From Candidatus Poribacteria bacterium (GTDB taxonomy: Bacteria; Poribacteria; WGA-4E; WGA-3G), in NCBI GenBank assembly GCA_964291315.2, contig OZ219753.1, positions 3,040,001-3,104,000 of the forward strand: 64,000 bases of DNA, read 5' to 3'. Shown here piece after piece: positions 1 through 10,734 of the stretch. The stretch's first letter is position 1. Each line of letters begins with the position of its first letter. The notes under the pieces are model-generated. The model had not been told where the DNA came from and ran no database searches. It saw only the letters and a list, made by a program, of their open reading frames with translations. Position numbers and translations under genes: made by a program.

Positions 1-1
1 G

Positions 2-361
2 GCTCTCTCCATCAGCTGTTCATCTGGCGCAGTGTCACAGCGCGGACGCGCTTTCTCACACGGTTTTGAAATTTATCTCGAAAAAGCTACGCTACTTTAC
101 GACTTTTCAACATTAGCAGGTGAGGCCTCTACCGCAGTACCCTTAACACTTCTGAACGATGAAGGTGAGGTCGAACAAGTAGATCTAGGGGATATTGATC
201 CGGTTGATGCCTTTACCGATGAACTCCAATATGCGGTTGACGCAATTGATTCGGGAAACCAACCGACCGCCCTGTCGGGTTCGGGTGCCAGAGATGCACT
301 GCTGCTCTGCTACAAAGAGGCAGAATCGGTTAAGACCGGTAAGATTGTTCCGGTGCGGTAA
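2..361 (+). CDS. Gfo/Idh/MocA-family oxidoreductase, C-terminal part (5' truncated by window)
   Basis: Frame is open from the window edge; the C-terminus FTDELQYAVDAI...GARDALLLCYKEAESVKTGKIV is typical of this family. Confidence 0.7.
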   Translation, partial: ALSISCSSGAVSQRGRAFSHGFEIYLEKATLLYDFSTLAGEASTAVPLTLLNDEGEVEQVDLGDIDPVDAFTDELQYAVDAIDSGNQPTALSGSGARDALLLCYKEAESVKTGKIVPVR

Positions 362-504
362 GTGCTTTGTCTGCAACCATCACTTCTCCGAGAAATTGGA
401 AAAACGGCAGCTGCGGAGATAGCTGGGTAAATGTATTCACCCAATCACGCGACACCGAACAAACAGAGAATTGTTGTGTTGGCTAAACCAGAATACCGAA
501 ACTT

Positions 505-1641
505 ATGAGCCTGGGTCCTTATTATACCGTTAGCAACATCGGTGAACTCTATATCCCCGTTCAGTGTCGAGACGCTGTTTTCGCGCGGGCTCGCGTCAAG
601 TTGTTCGCTCATCGTGACTTAAGACATCTCAATCGGATCTTCACACATATTCGGCATGGCGGTGTCGCAATCGTGGAAGGACGGTGGGAACAAATTACGC
701 AGGTCATGGACTATGTCCAACGTCACAAACAAGAGTTAGTGCAACAATGGAAGCATGAAACCACATCGCGCCACCGGAAGGATTCGCGTAGGAGATCCAC
801 AAGTCGTGCCTTGAAAGAAACCTTAGCAAGATTGATGTGCTGGGCGGATGCAGATGGAAACTTACAAGTTGAACCTGCCCCCGCTCTGCCCTACCTGTTA
901 GAGCTTGCAGGTGAACCGCCGGGCGCGAATGAGGAGAGACCTTTTCTGCTACCTCTCACAACTATCCAACAGATTCAAACCGCGCTAGCGGATATCTATC
1001 CTATCCACGCGCTGAATGCATCGCTGCTGGCTTCCACAAATGTGCTTGCCCCGCTTTCACAAGAAACAGTTGAATGTTTTCAAGAAGCGCTACAACATAT
1101 TCGAGAACACAATCCAACCACAATCATCGCTGATGTTGGATGCGGAAGTGGATGTCTCACGTTATTGGCACAACAAGAATTAGGGGCGCAGACTCAGATA
1201 TATGCTTCTGATCTACTTCCAGAAGCAGTCGCTACAACGAAGTTGAACCTTCAGCGCCTTCTCACAGTTTCAAATGCAGTACAGGTCCTGCCGCCTGGTG
1301 ACTTGTTCGCTCCATTTCTCTCACATCAGTTTGACGCTATTCTCTTCAATGCGCCTTGGGTTGTCGCACCTGCCCGCAATCGTGCTGAGTTGACCATTCA
1401 CGATGAGAGACAGGAAACGGTGAAGCGGTTTTTCCAACAAGCCCCGAATTTCTTGAAGCCTGAGGGCAGAATTCTATTGGGCTATGCTGACGCTTCAGGC
1501 CCTAAGGCGATTAATAGCCTCGAAACGATAACTACAGCAGCCGGTTTCAAGGTGGACGCTCTCTTTAAAAGAAGAGTGGCGACGCACAGATCGAAACGGA
1601 AGTGGGAGCAAATTAGAGTATATCTGTTGCGTCGTGTCTAG
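505..1641 (+). CDS. Class I SAM-dependent methyltransferase (HemK/MTS-like)
   Basis: Motif I IADVGCGSG, GDLF, and NPPY-like FNAPW. Confidence 0.8.
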   Translation: MSLGPYYTVSNIGELYIPVQCRDAVFARARVKLFAHRDLRHLNRIFTHIRHGGVAIVEGRWEQITQVMDYVQRHKQELVQQWKHETTSRHRKDSRRRSTSRALKETLARLMCWADADGNLQVEPAPALPYLLELAGEPPGANEERPFLLPLTTIQQIQTALADIYPIHALNASLLASTNVLAPLSQETVECFQEALQHIREHNPTTIIADVGCGSGCLTLLAQQELGAQTQIYASDLLPEAVATTKLNLQRLLTVSNAVQVLPPGDLFAPFLSHQFDAILFNAPWVVAPARNRAELTIHDERQETVKRFFQQAPNFLKPEGRILLGYADASGPKAINSLETITTAAGFKVDALFKRRVATHRSKRKWEQIRVYLLRRV

Positions 1642-1934
1642 CAGCCCAGATTCAGAAATCCGACCGCCTCGAAAATCTGAATGCCGAACACACCGATAAT
1701 TAGAGTTGCTAAATTTTCATATATATGAGATACTCTTAACTGTGGGGGCGTGACACTGTTACGAGTACTTAATCTTTTCCAATATCCCCATCGCTTTCGG
1801 GTCTTCACACCCTTAAGGCCGAAAAATATCAGATATTCTCATTAAAATCAGTGTAAAACTGAATAGCTCTACACACGACTTGAGGTCTGGTTAACACAGT
1901 ACCGAAAGAACGATGTGCGCGGAGCAATATATAC

Positions 1935-3608
1935 ATGGAGGTTGTAGCCTTGAGTACCCCAAACTATCCGAACCGAAATGCTCTTCGTGAGGCGAACGAT
2001 ATATACTTAGATTACATGCGCCCTTTTATTATTGACCATCTAAAGAAGGTGCCGGGAGAAAAAGTCGAAGATTTGATTGCAGACGGATTGACAGATGAAC
2101 AAGAAAACGAATTTTGGCAAATATTAGGGCAAAACGATGATGATATTGAATCCGCAATTGACTTTAATTATTTTCCTTTAATTGTCCAACGTAATTGGTC
2201 TATTATTCGGTCTTACCGGGAATGTGGTTTTGCGCAGTGGTTCGCAGGAGATATGTCTGTCCAGAATAGACTATGGTTAATAAAGGAGGGGCGAAACGCG
2301 TGCGAACATCGAGGAACAAAAGATTTAGATTCTGAATTGGTGCGGACACTTTTGTTTCTCGTTGCTGAGGTACTTGGCAAAATCAATAGACCCGACGAGC
2401 AGGATAAAGTTGAGGCTATCCGGGACGAGCTCTTTGCAGATGATACGTCAGAACGCCTTGCTGAAGCTGAGCAACGATTAAAGGTTGTAGAAACGGAAAA
2501 TGCTGAATACAGAAAACATATCGAAAAAACCGAAGAATGTTTAGCAGCTGCAGAGGCAGAGAAAAGGGCATACCAAAAAGACAACGCAACGTTGTTAAAA
2601 CAGGCGCAGGCAAAAGAAAATTGCCTTACGGAATTGTCAGAACGGCTGAAACTAGCGAAAACGGAAACGGAAGCAGAGCGCCGCACGTTCGAAGAACGTC
2701 TTGACACTTTATCAAACCAACTCGCTGCTGCACAAGCAGAAAAGAGAGAGATTGTAGAACGTCTCACAGCTATGCAAGATCTATTCACAACAGCAACGCT
2801 TGAGAAACCAAAAACGCAAGCTATATTTCCTGAATTTGACACTTACGCTTCTGTCCGATTACTTGACCGCCGAGGCACAGAAGATAAGCGCAACTATCTT
2901 TTAGAATTGCTGAAACGGAAGCGCCCAGCTATAATTTATGTGCAAAACGAAGATGAGGTTAATCGGTTATTCGAACTTGTCGGCTCAAAGAAAGGATGCC
3001 TTATCGGAAAACATGATGAACAGACCCCTCATGCAGAAGAGACACAAATTTTGGAGAAGCTTGAAAGCGGTAAATTAATTGCTGTCGTTTCAAATGCCAT
3101 ATTTTCCAGACTCACATCTTTGCATTGCATTGAGCACTTTGTTTTCTGCCACCTTGTGCCGGATTTAAACGCTTTTTTCAAGCGATGCGGACAGGCTTTT
3201 ACATCGGCAAAAAACAGTTATCTGCATCTCATCTACAATAGGCAACAAGATGTCAAAAGGGTGAAACAGTGGTTAGCTCACAAGCATCCAGATAGAAAAA
3301 TGTTGGGGCACATCTACAGAAATTCGATCGAGAAAACAAACGGTAGTTTTATCAACCAAGAAGATATCTATAACAGATTGAATATGGCAAGTCCTGGGAT
3401 TGAAACAGCTCTCGCTATTTTTGAGGAACTCCAATTGATTGAAAAAAATGAACACGGGATAACATTCTTACCGGGTGTTGGGAAAAAATTAGAGGAATCG
3501 AAAATTTATAATAGCGGTGAGAAACTGAAACATGAAATAGAAAAGGTGTGCACATTTCAACTCGATCAGCCCATTGAAAAAATTTGGGATGCAATAAGTC
3601 CAAACTAA
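1935..3608 (+). CDS. Swt1-like HEPN domain + coiled coil + degenerate helicase-C/RecJ C-terminal-like region
   Basis: RNACEH (Rx4H) in a helical N-terminal domain; E/A/K-rich coiled coil in the middle; C-terminal PAIIYV...LIAVVS...ALAIFEELQLI resembles the RecJ C-terminal extension. Confidence 0.55.
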   Translation: MEVVALSTPNYPNRNALREANDIYLDYMRPFIIDHLKKVPGEKVEDLIADGLTDEQENEFWQILGQNDDDIESAIDFNYFPLIVQRNWSIIRSYRECGFAQWFAGDMSVQNRLWLIKEGRNACEHRGTKDLDSELVRTLLFLVAEVLGKINRPDEQDKVEAIRDELFADDTSERLAEAEQRLKVVETENAEYRKHIEKTEECLAAAEAEKRAYQKDNATLLKQAQAKENCLTELSERLKLAKTETEAERRTFEERLDTLSNQLAAAQAEKREIVERLTAMQDLFTTATLEKPKTQAIFPEFDTYASVRLLDRRGTEDKRNYLLELLKRKRPAIIYVQNEDEVNRLFELVGSKKGCLIGKHDEQTPHAEETQILEKLESGKLIAVVSNAIFSRLTSLHCIEHFVFCHLVPDLNAFFKRCGQAFTSAKNSYLHLIYNRQQDVKRVKQWLAHKHPDRKMLGHIYRNSIEKTNGSFINQEDIYNRLNMASPGIETALAIFEELQLIEKNEHGITFLPGVGKKLEESKIYNSGEKLKHEIEKVCTFQLDQPIEKIWDAISPN

Positions 3609-3636
3609 CCCTCCGTGGGCAAACGCTGTTGCTTTT

Positions 3637-5214
3637 TTATTCGCGGGCAATAGACACGGGCGTTCCTTCCTTTAACCGTTGCTGTTCGCTAATAATCACT
3701 TGTGTTGCCTTAGCGAGGCGCGAAGTCACCTCAATTTCGCCGCCGTGGATCGCCCCAACAGTAACGATTTCCTGGTGTGCTGCGTTCCCTTTGACAGTAA
3801 AAATGTTTCCCTTTCCGTTCTGAATATTTAAAACTGCCTGCAAAGGGAGCAATTGTACATTTTTCCGTTCACCCGTTTTGATGGACACCGTGATTCTACT
3901 CCCCGGTCTTAGATCCCTATTATCAGAGAGGGAATCAGCAGCATTTAACACGGTTGCATGAACAATCACTGTGTCGTTTTCACGGTTAACTGTTGGGCTA
4001 ATAAAGTCAATCGTGCCGACAATATTTCGAATGCCGGCATTTATAGAAATCAAGGCGAGATCGCCTTTGTTAATCCGGTGCGCCTCAGAAACAGGCATGC
4101 TCCAAACCGCTGTAAGAACATCAACGCTGATTATCGTAAATATGGGGTGCCCTGCAGGTGATGCAGCAGGTAACGCCTGATCTCCAACCTGTAAGGAGCG
4201 CGTTGCGATAATCCCATTGATTGGGGATTTAATGGTTGCATCACTCAATTGTTCCTGCGCGATCTTAAGTTGTTCCTCAGCTTGATTTACCGCTGATCTT
4301 GCGATTTCGATATCGTGTTCCCACGATTTTGCTTCCACAAGTTTTTGTGCTGTCCTAAAATTGGCTTGCGCTTGTGTAACCTTTGACTCTGCTAAAGCGA
4401 TCTCACGCTCCCAGCCGCGGATTTCCACGAGTTTCTCTGCGATGTCTAATTCCGCTTTGGCTTTTTCCACAGAAGGGTGTCTCGCCCCGTCCTTAAATTG
4501 TTGTGCAGTAACGATGGCTTCCTCATAACGAGTTTGCGCGATTTTCAAGCGGTTTTCTGCTGATTCAAAATCGCTGTCACTGACATGCTGCTTTTCATGA
4601 AGCGACTTTGTCCGTTCAAAGTCCAACTGCGTTTTATCAAGTTCCACTTTCGCCCGTTTCAAGGCCTGCTCTGCATTCGTTTCCGATTTTTCGATGGTTT
4701 CCTTAGCTGCTTGGTACGCAGCTTCTGCCTGTCCAAGTTGGTTACGAATACGTATTTCAGCGAGTGACTTGGTTTCTGTCAGCTTCGACTGCACCGTCAT
4801 TAGCGTTTCCTGTGCGACAGCCATCTGAGATTCAACGCGAGTTTGGGCATCCGCTTGAGTTGATGTGAATCGGGATTGTGCGCTGTTTAACACTGACTCC
4901 GCGCGTATCACAGCAAGTGTACTGACGCTCGAATAAGTCTCGGCAAGTGTGTCGCCTTCCGCTGCGCTTTGTCCAACCGTAGCATTCAAGGCAACAATTT
5001 TCCCTTGAACATTAGCAAATACCTTTACCTCTGCCCCTGGTTGTAAGTGCCCGGTATACTCCTTCGTGGAAATAATAGTACCGCGTCTCGCTGTCGTAAC
5101 GGATACGGCTACCGGTGATGTGGTTTCTTGGGCAATTACAATGCCAACCCTAAAACAACAGATAACGGTAAGAAGTTTTATCAGATATATTTTCGCGGTG
5201 TGGCTATTGGTCAT
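3637..5214 (-). CDS. Efflux RND periplasmic adaptor subunit (HlyD family)
   Basis: Signal peptide, lipoyl half-motifs (GKIVAL; IKSPINGII), long helical hairpin, GTIDFISP. Confidence 0.85.
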   Translation of the reverse strand: MTNSHTAKIYLIKLLTVICCFRVGIVIAQETTSPVAVSVTTARRGTIISTKEYTGHLQPGAEVKVFANVQGKIVALNATVGQSAAEGDTLAETYSSVSTLAVIRAESVLNSAQSRFTSTQADAQTRVESQMAVAQETLMTVQSKLTETKSLAEIRIRNQLGQAEAAYQAAKETIEKSETNAEQALKRAKVELDKTQLDFERTKSLHEKQHVSDSDFESAENRLKIAQTRYEEAIVTAQQFKDGARHPSVEKAKAELDIAEKLVEIRGWEREIALAESKVTQAQANFRTAQKLVEAKSWEHDIEIARSAVNQAEEQLKIAQEQLSDATIKSPINGIIATRSLQVGDQALPAASPAGHPIFTIISVDVLTAVWSMPVSEAHRINKGDLALISINAGIRNIVGTIDFISPTVNRENDTVIVHATVLNAADSLSDNRDLRPGSRITVSIKTGERKNVQLLPLQAVLNIQNGKGNIFTVKGNAAHQEIVTVGAIHGGEIEVTSRLAKATQVIISEQQRLKEGTPVSIARE

Positions 5215-5746
5215 TTTTAAGTTTATCCTTAAAACCCTTTGTGAATTTTCGAATCTTCGGATGAATCACGAGTTGACAGTACGGCTGACTCGGATTCAAT
5301 TCAAAATAATTTTGGTGATAATTTTCAGCAGGATAAAAGGTATCGATAGGTGTAATTTCCGTAACGATGGGGGCTTCCCACATATCGGAGGCATTCATTG
5401 CAGCTTTAGATTTTTCGGCGAGGCATTGTTGCTTTTCCGTGTGGTAAAAGATCACGGAACGGTACTGGGTGCCGACATCAGCCCCTTGGCGATTCAGTGT
5501 CGTAGCGTCGTGTGTATGCCACAAAACTTCCAACAGTTCTTCATAGGAAATAACGCGCGGATCAAACTGAATCTGAACCACCTCGGCGTGGCCGGTCATC
5601 CCCATGCATACTGCTTGATAAGTCGGGTTGACAGTTGTCCCACCTGTGTATCCTGAAACGACCTTATGAACCCCTTTTAATTTCAGAAAAACTGCTTCAA
5701 CACACCAAAAACAGCCTGCCCCAAATGTCGCTGTCTCTAATTGCAT
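5204..5746 (-). CDS. msrA: Peptide-methionine (S)-S-oxide reductase
   Basis: GCFWC motif, GYTGG, GHAEVVQ, QYRS, AENYHQNY. Confidence 0.97.
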   Translation of the reverse strand: MQLETATFGAGCFWCVEAVFLKLKGVHKVVSGYTGGTTVNPTYQAVCMGMTGHAEVVQIQFDPRVISYEELLEVLWHTHDATTLNRQGADVGTQYRSVIFYHTEKQQCLAEKSKAAMNASDMWEAPIVTEITPIDTFYPAENYHQNYFELNPSQPYCQLVIHPKIRKFTKGFKDKLKNDQ

Positions 5747-6048
5747 TTTTCATGGCAGCTTTCACCGCAGCGAAGCCGCGCTCTCCCTTTTAATATTTAA
5801 TAGTTGTCCGCTATCGATTGAAGAACTACAACGCCCTTCATGAATTGACAAGTCCATACGGATCTGAGTTTGTCCGCAGGAGGCTCATGTCTAGAAATGG
5901 CTTAAACCTGTGGCTTAGTCAACTTCCTTACCATTACTACATCGGTGACCTAAAGGAACGCTGTTTTGTAGCGGAAGCTTTGATAAGACTTCAAGACATA
6001 GCTGTTGAACTTGCAAAAATCGGAGGACTGTGCTATATTTGTAAATCT

Positions 6049-6723
6049 ATGAAATACGTTCTCTTACTTTCTATACTACTACTCTTCCCTACGGCATGTC
6101 AATCAAATAAGGAACATGCGAAAATACTTGTCAGCCAACTTGGTGACACGGAGGTGTCTCGGCGTACGAGAGCCGCCGATAGCTTAGTCAAAATGGGGGC
6201 TGAAGCAATAGAGGCGCTGATCGAAGGGTTATCGGATGAGAATCCCCGGATTCGCGAAATCTCTGTCTGGACACTCGGCGAGATTAAAACGCCAGTGACT
6301 CGGGTCGTGCCTGCAATTATCTCCTCCTTCACCGATCCCGATGAAACTATCCGGGTTGTTGGTTCAGTTGCCCTTCAGCATTTGGGTGAGGTTGCTGTGC
6401 CGTTTCTGATTGATGCCTTAAGCGCCCCGTCGGCGGACATTCGACTGAATGCAGCCTACGTGTTAGGCGAAATCGGCACCCCGCTGGATACAATCATTCC
6501 AGCACTCATCCCCTCCCTCACCGATCCGGAATGGAACGTCCGTCGACTTGCTGTGCGTGCCTTAGTGAGGATAGGAAACCCGGCAGTCGGCGCGCTGATT
6601 CAAGCCCTGAATTCACCGAACCACGATCTCGCCCGTATGGCAGAACGGGCTTTGAAGGATATAGGAACCGCGCAAGCGCAAAGAGCAATTGCAGATGTAA
6701 AGCAACGTTCAATCGACCGTTGA
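6049..6723 (+). CDS. HEAT-repeat lipoprotein
   Basis: Start at MKYVLLL with lipobox-like FPTAC; repeated LxDxxxxVRxxAxxALG HEAT units; TTGCAA-17-TATATT at 6011-6039 lies just upstream, so the transcript may be nearly leaderless. Confidence 0.8.
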   Translation: MKYVLLLSILLLFPTACQSNKEHAKILVSQLGDTEVSRRTRAADSLVKMGAEAIEALIEGLSDENPRIREISVWTLGEIKTPVTRVVPAIISSFTDPDETIRVVGSVALQHLGEVAVPFLIDALSAPSADIRLNAAYVLGEIGTPLDTIIPALIPSLTDPEWNVRRLAVRALVRIGNPAVGALIQALNSPNHDLARMAERALKDIGTAQAQRAIADVKQRSIDR

Positions 6724-6725
6724 AC

Positions 6726-7688
6726 CTATCCAGACGCGATTCTCTCTCCTTCCATACGGAGACAGTCATCCCAATAGGAGACAGCATACGTCTTCACTGC
6801 GTCGGGTTGAGATGTCTGTTCAAGATACTTCAAAATCCAATCCAAGAGTTGCTGCCGAAGTGACTCTCGGATTTCACGATCAACATAAGCGAGATCTCGG
6901 AAATCCTGCCGTGCATCCTCATCTAACTGAAAATCAATGCGGCGATACAACACAAGATTGACTATCAATCCAAGCGTGGCGTGTTCAATGGGATCCGGGA
7001 AGATGCTAAGCGGCGGATCCAGAGCAAATAGCTTATCTAATGGCAAGGCCTGGGCATAATTGCGCCGGTTCTCGATACACGCCAACTGCCGGTCGATCAT
7101 ATCAATCTCAGCCAATCGGACAAATGCTCTCGGAAAATCCGAATCTCTAATTGTCACTTGCAATGTCCGAATCGTGGTTCTGTATGTCAGCAAGGTCTTT
7201 AAGAATTCGAGCTCCGCGTGTGTATAAATTCGAATGCTTTCGATCTCCGTGTCGGTGTAGGTGGAACCGAGAAGACGATCTTCATCCGGGGTAAACGGTA
7301 GAATAGCCCCGTTTTCCAAAAGATGACGTGCCCTCTCTAACAGTTTTTCGGTGAGCGTATTGCCTACCTGAAAAAATTTGACGACTCGGTTTTTGAAGAG
7401 CAGGCGAACCGCTCTGTCAAGATCGCCTTTGCTGCCGTACTCGAGTCCGAGACTGGTAAGTGTGAAGGCGACTTGGATCTGTGTACGGAGCGCCGACTCA
7501 TCAGAGAGATCTCTCGTCTTCATGGTAATGAGCTTATGGGCAATAGCAGCAATACTCTGATAAACTGTATCTGTCTGTTCACGTGGAATGCCGCCGAGAG
7601 TGTCTGCATGCACCAATGCATGTGCAAGGAAGAGACGTTCGTCGAGGTTCGCATCGGCTACAAGAGAGAATCTATCTGTTTTCCTCAT
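6726..7688 (-). CDS. Hypothetical protein, resembles C-terminal half of DUF6178
   Basis: Long ORF overlapping the upstream gene; SLGLEY...A...L...FQVG motif recalled for DUF6178. Confidence 0.55.
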   Translation of the reverse strand: MRKTDRFSLVADANLDERLFLAHALVHADTLGGIPREQTDTVYQSIAAIAHKLITMKTRDLSDESALRTQIQVAFTLTSLGLEYGSKGDLDRAVRLLFKNRVVKFFQVGNTLTEKLLERARHLLENGAILPFTPDEDRLLGSTYTDTEIESIRIYTHAELEFLKTLLTYRTTIRTLQVTIRDSDFPRAFVRLAEIDMIDRQLACIENRRNYAQALPLDKLFALDPPLSIFPDPIEHATLGLIVNLVLYRRIDFQLDEDARQDFRDLAYVDREIRESLRQQLLDWILKYLEQTSQPDAVKTYAVSYWDDCLRMEGERIASG

Positions 7689-8487
7689 CGGACTTATCGT
7701 TTCCCTCATCCTCATCGAAGGTAAGCGACTTTAAATCGACCTGTTCTATGAGTTCGGTTTCAGTCACATCTATACCTGTTTCCTTATCCCGTGCTGCAAT
7801 CCGTTCGGCTCTCTCTGCTTTCGCTGTATCGAAAACAGCCGCGAGCTCGGCTTCAATATTGTCTGCTGAATCAATATCGAGGAGCTCGTTGATGAGTGCC
7901 CCGAAAATTTCATGGTCTGCTCCCCAGATAGCGTCGCAAATTGCCCGCGCGCGTTCATCGATATAGCTAATCGCAGGCGAACCTGGATCCATCAACTCAT
8001 TTTCGAGGAACATGCCAGCGTATTGACCTTTGATCTTGATACGCCCGTGGAGAAGGATTGCCAAAAGGCGAATATCCAATTCCTTGAGAAACCGCTGCAG
8101 GTCACCCGGATCACATTCGGAAAGTTCAAAAAACCAGAGGTCCAAGGACTCTTCATCAATTTGCCCTTCACGCCAAACAGCGATATCGAGCAATTCTTCA
8201 AATTGCTGATTTGAGAGACACGGCAATAAGACCGAGGCAAGCCCTGTGCCGAGCATGGTGTCTAAGATTTGTAGTACATCCTCAGTGGGGCTTTCTTGAA
8301 TAAGTGCTGTACAATCCGGTACAAGATAGTAAATCTGCTCTCGTGCTTTCGGGTTACGAGTTGCACCGAGAATCTCAAGCTGCAGCTCCTTTTCGTAGCT
8401 TTGAAAGAGTTGCTCTGCCTCGCGCGTCGGTAAAGACAGTAACTTCTTACCTTCGGAGCGTGGAACTATTGTTTTCGGACTATTCAT
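7672..8487 (-). CDS. Hypothetical protein, resembles N-terminal half of DUF6178
   Basis: AGGAG RBS; QFEELLDIAVW...W..EL...LD..LL motif. Confidence 0.6.
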   Translation of the reverse strand: MNSPKTIVPRSEGKKLLSLPTREAEQLFQSYEKELQLEILGATRNPKAREQIYYLVPDCTALIQESPTEDVLQILDTMLGTGLASVLLPCLSNQQFEELLDIAVWREGQIDEESLDLWFFELSECDPGDLQRFLKELDIRLLAILLHGRIKIKGQYAGMFLENELMDPGSPAISYIDERARAICDAIWGADHEIFGALINELLDIDSADNIEAELAAVFDTAKAERAERIAARDKETGIDVTETELIEQVDLKSLTFDEDEGNDKSDEENR

Positions 8488-8543
8488 GTCCAACTCTCCT
8501 TATGGAACGGATTCCGATAATAGGTGACACTGTCACTATTGCC

Positions 8544-9308
8544 TCAAAAGTTGCTCCTCACAAAATTGAGGTTTTTCGACGCGGATTCGACTGGATCCTC
8601 GTTGCTGGGTGTTTCCAAGACAAACCAATCGTCGTATCCGATAGCATGCACAGCGTCAAAAACGGCAGTAAAATCAACATCTCCTTCGCCTGCATGATTG
8701 CCACCTGTATCTTTGATATGAATCTGTGAGATGGCTCCGCCCAAACTCCGAATCTCCGAGGCTGAGTCGTAGCCGAAGCCAGTAGCATTACCCATATCGT
8801 AATAGACACCAACGGCTGACGAACCGACGTTATCAATAATCCTCTGATGCTGCGCTGCACTTAACGTTGACTCAACTGCAAGAGAAATACCATATTTTTC
8901 GGCGGTTTCGGCAGCAGCTTTTAACCCATCTATGAAACGCGGAGCGTCAATGTGATCCTCCTCAATCCTACCGTTGCCAAAAAACGGCACCAAAATCACC
9001 TTCGCGCCGAGTTTTGGAGCTGTCTCTGTAAGATATTGTAACTTCGCGATTCCTTCGCTTCGTACGCTATCGGTCGGGTGCATAAACGAATAAGCAGTGA
9101 AACCACCCGGGGACAGAGAGGGCACTTCAACACCCGCTGTTTCTGCTAAATCCTTCACCTTATCAATCCCGCCCTCCTGCCAGAGCAGATGCTCACGGTA
9201 GTTAACACCCATACACACCTCTATACCGTCAAACCCGATTTTTTTTGCTTTCTGAAATGATTCTTCAAAAGAAACGGGCAACATTCCATCCCGAATACCT
9301 ACTTTCAT
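8544..9308 (-). CDS. Sugar phosphate isomerase/epimerase (xylose isomerase-like TIM barrel)
   Basis: GFDGIE, LAVES, YYDMGN, IHIKD, VLET; AGGAGG RBS. Confidence 0.9.
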   Translation of the reverse strand: MKVGIRDGMLPVSFEESFQKAKKIGFDGIEVCMGVNYREHLLWQEGGIDKVKDLAETAGVEVPSLSPGGFTAYSFMHPTDSVRSEGIAKLQYLTETAPKLGAKVILVPFFGNGRIEEDHIDAPRFIDGLKAAAETAEKYGISLAVESTLSAAQHQRIIDNVGSSAVGVYYDMGNATGFGYDSASEIRSLGGAISQIHIKDTGGNHAGEGDVDFTAVFDAVHAIGYDDWFVLETPSNEDPVESASKNLNFVRSNF

Positions 9309-9883
9309 AGTCATCCTCCTACAAGCATATAACGTGCAATCCAGCTGCGTTTTAAATTAATTCTGAATTTTAACATGGTTTTCACGCGAATTGCAAGAAG
9401 ATCCACAATTTTTTCATCGGTTTAGAATTTAAGCGAAATTCTTGAGCTTACTCGTGGAATCGGAGAATCGCAAGACTAGAAGATTGGAAGGAAAGAAACA
9501 TAGAGAAATTCGTTCTACACGTGAATGGTGGCTTTGTGTATAATCCACCCTTTAGTTAATTGCGAAGCTGTAGCAGGATCATTTAGTTTTCAGAAAAAGG
9601 GAACTTATGGGCAGGCCCCCTGGTCCCCGAATGCCCAGGTTTAGTAAAGTAATAAACAAAGCCCATTCTGTATATTACATGCCTATTCGGGTATCCTTGC
9701 AGAAATTGCAGGAAAACTGACTCGTCCTAAGAGTATAAAAAACAAATTGATTTTTTCCGATGGACATGTTAACATATTCTAAATTAATTCTTCGTACGGA
9801 CGTATCAAAGGTCATCTGAAAGAAAAAACTTCTTTAGAAACCAATAGATATTGTTCGGCACGAAAAAATAGAAAGGATATGTA

Positions 9884-10660
9884 ATGAAACAGATTACTTG
9901 CATAGTCGGAATACTGCTTCTGGGCACCTGTCTTATTCCTAGTGTTTTTGCCCAGGACTTGATGAGTGATGAATTCGATGGGACAGGCCAAGGCCTTCAG
10001 TCTTTCTGGCAAGTCAAGGACGGTGATAAGAGCCCATGGGAGCTGAAAGAGGGAATGCTTGTTGCTGAAGCAGGCTTCGATCAGAATGTATGGACAGACG
10101 ACACCTCCACACGTTTTTATCAGGTCACCGATCAGGATCAGTTTGACATCGAAACATCGATGGTCGTTGATTACGCTGACGCGTGTACAGTTGCGGGTAT
10201 TATTGTGTACTCTGCAACTACAAAGGATCATCAGGACCGTGATGGGCAGTGGGTGACACTGAAGTTGTGGGGCCGCGGGGCAGACCAAGACAACAACGCT
10301 GTGCTCCAATACCAACGGCGTCAGAATGATGACGCTGCTTTGGGGTACGTCGGCACACAACCTGATTACCAGCCAGATCAAGGTGTTATTCCGGTTGAAC
10401 TCCGCGTCAAGCGCGATGGAGACGAATACCAATCCTGGTTTAAACCGAATGCAGAAGGCGATTGGGTCTCGGTCGGCACAGTGACCAACGAGCTCCAAGA
10501 ACCTCTTGAAGTTGGTATTTACGTTGGCATCTGCGAAGGCGAAGGCGAAGGTAAGATGACTGTCTCGTTTGATTATTTTCGAGAGGCATCAAGCCAAGTA
10601 ACCCCTGTTGATCCACGCAACAGACTCGCTGTTACGTGGGCGGGACTGAAAGGGCAGTAG
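9884..10660 (+). CDS. Secreted ConA-like beta-sandwich protein (DUF1349-like) with C-terminal VDPRNRLAVTWAGLK tail
   Basis: Signal peptide; DFDIET, AGIIVY, LRVKRDGD and LEVGIY-type strands; paralog of the next gene. Confidence 0.75.
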   Translation: MKQITCIVGILLLGTCLIPSVFAQDLMSDEFDGTGQGLQSFWQVKDGDKSPWELKEGMLVAEAGFDQNVWTDDTSTRFYQVTDQDQFDIETSMVVDYADACTVAGIIVYSATTKDHQDRDGQWVTLKLWGRGADQDNNAVLQYQRRQNDDAALGYVGTQPDYQPDQGVIPVELRVKRDGDEYQSWFKPNAEGDWVSVGTVTNELQEPLEVGIYVGICEGEGEGKMTVSFDYFREASSQVTPVDPRNRLAVTWAGLKGQ

Positions 10661-10691
10661 GCACAAAAGCTGCTCATAATTCGCTGAATTC

Positions 10692-10719
10692 CTGGCGGCT
10701 CTAATGCCGCCAGTTCTTT
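10692..10719 (+). terminator. Hairpin / intrinsic terminator-like element
   Basis: CTGGCGGC-6 nt-GCCGCCAG followed by TTCTTT. Confidence 0.5.
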
Positions 10720-10734
10720 ATACGGAGATAAAAT

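Noticed and set aside
5818-6048. N-terminal extension of the HEAT-repeat ORF
   Set aside because: The lipoprotein signal starts at 6049 and a promoter-like sequence lies inside the extension.
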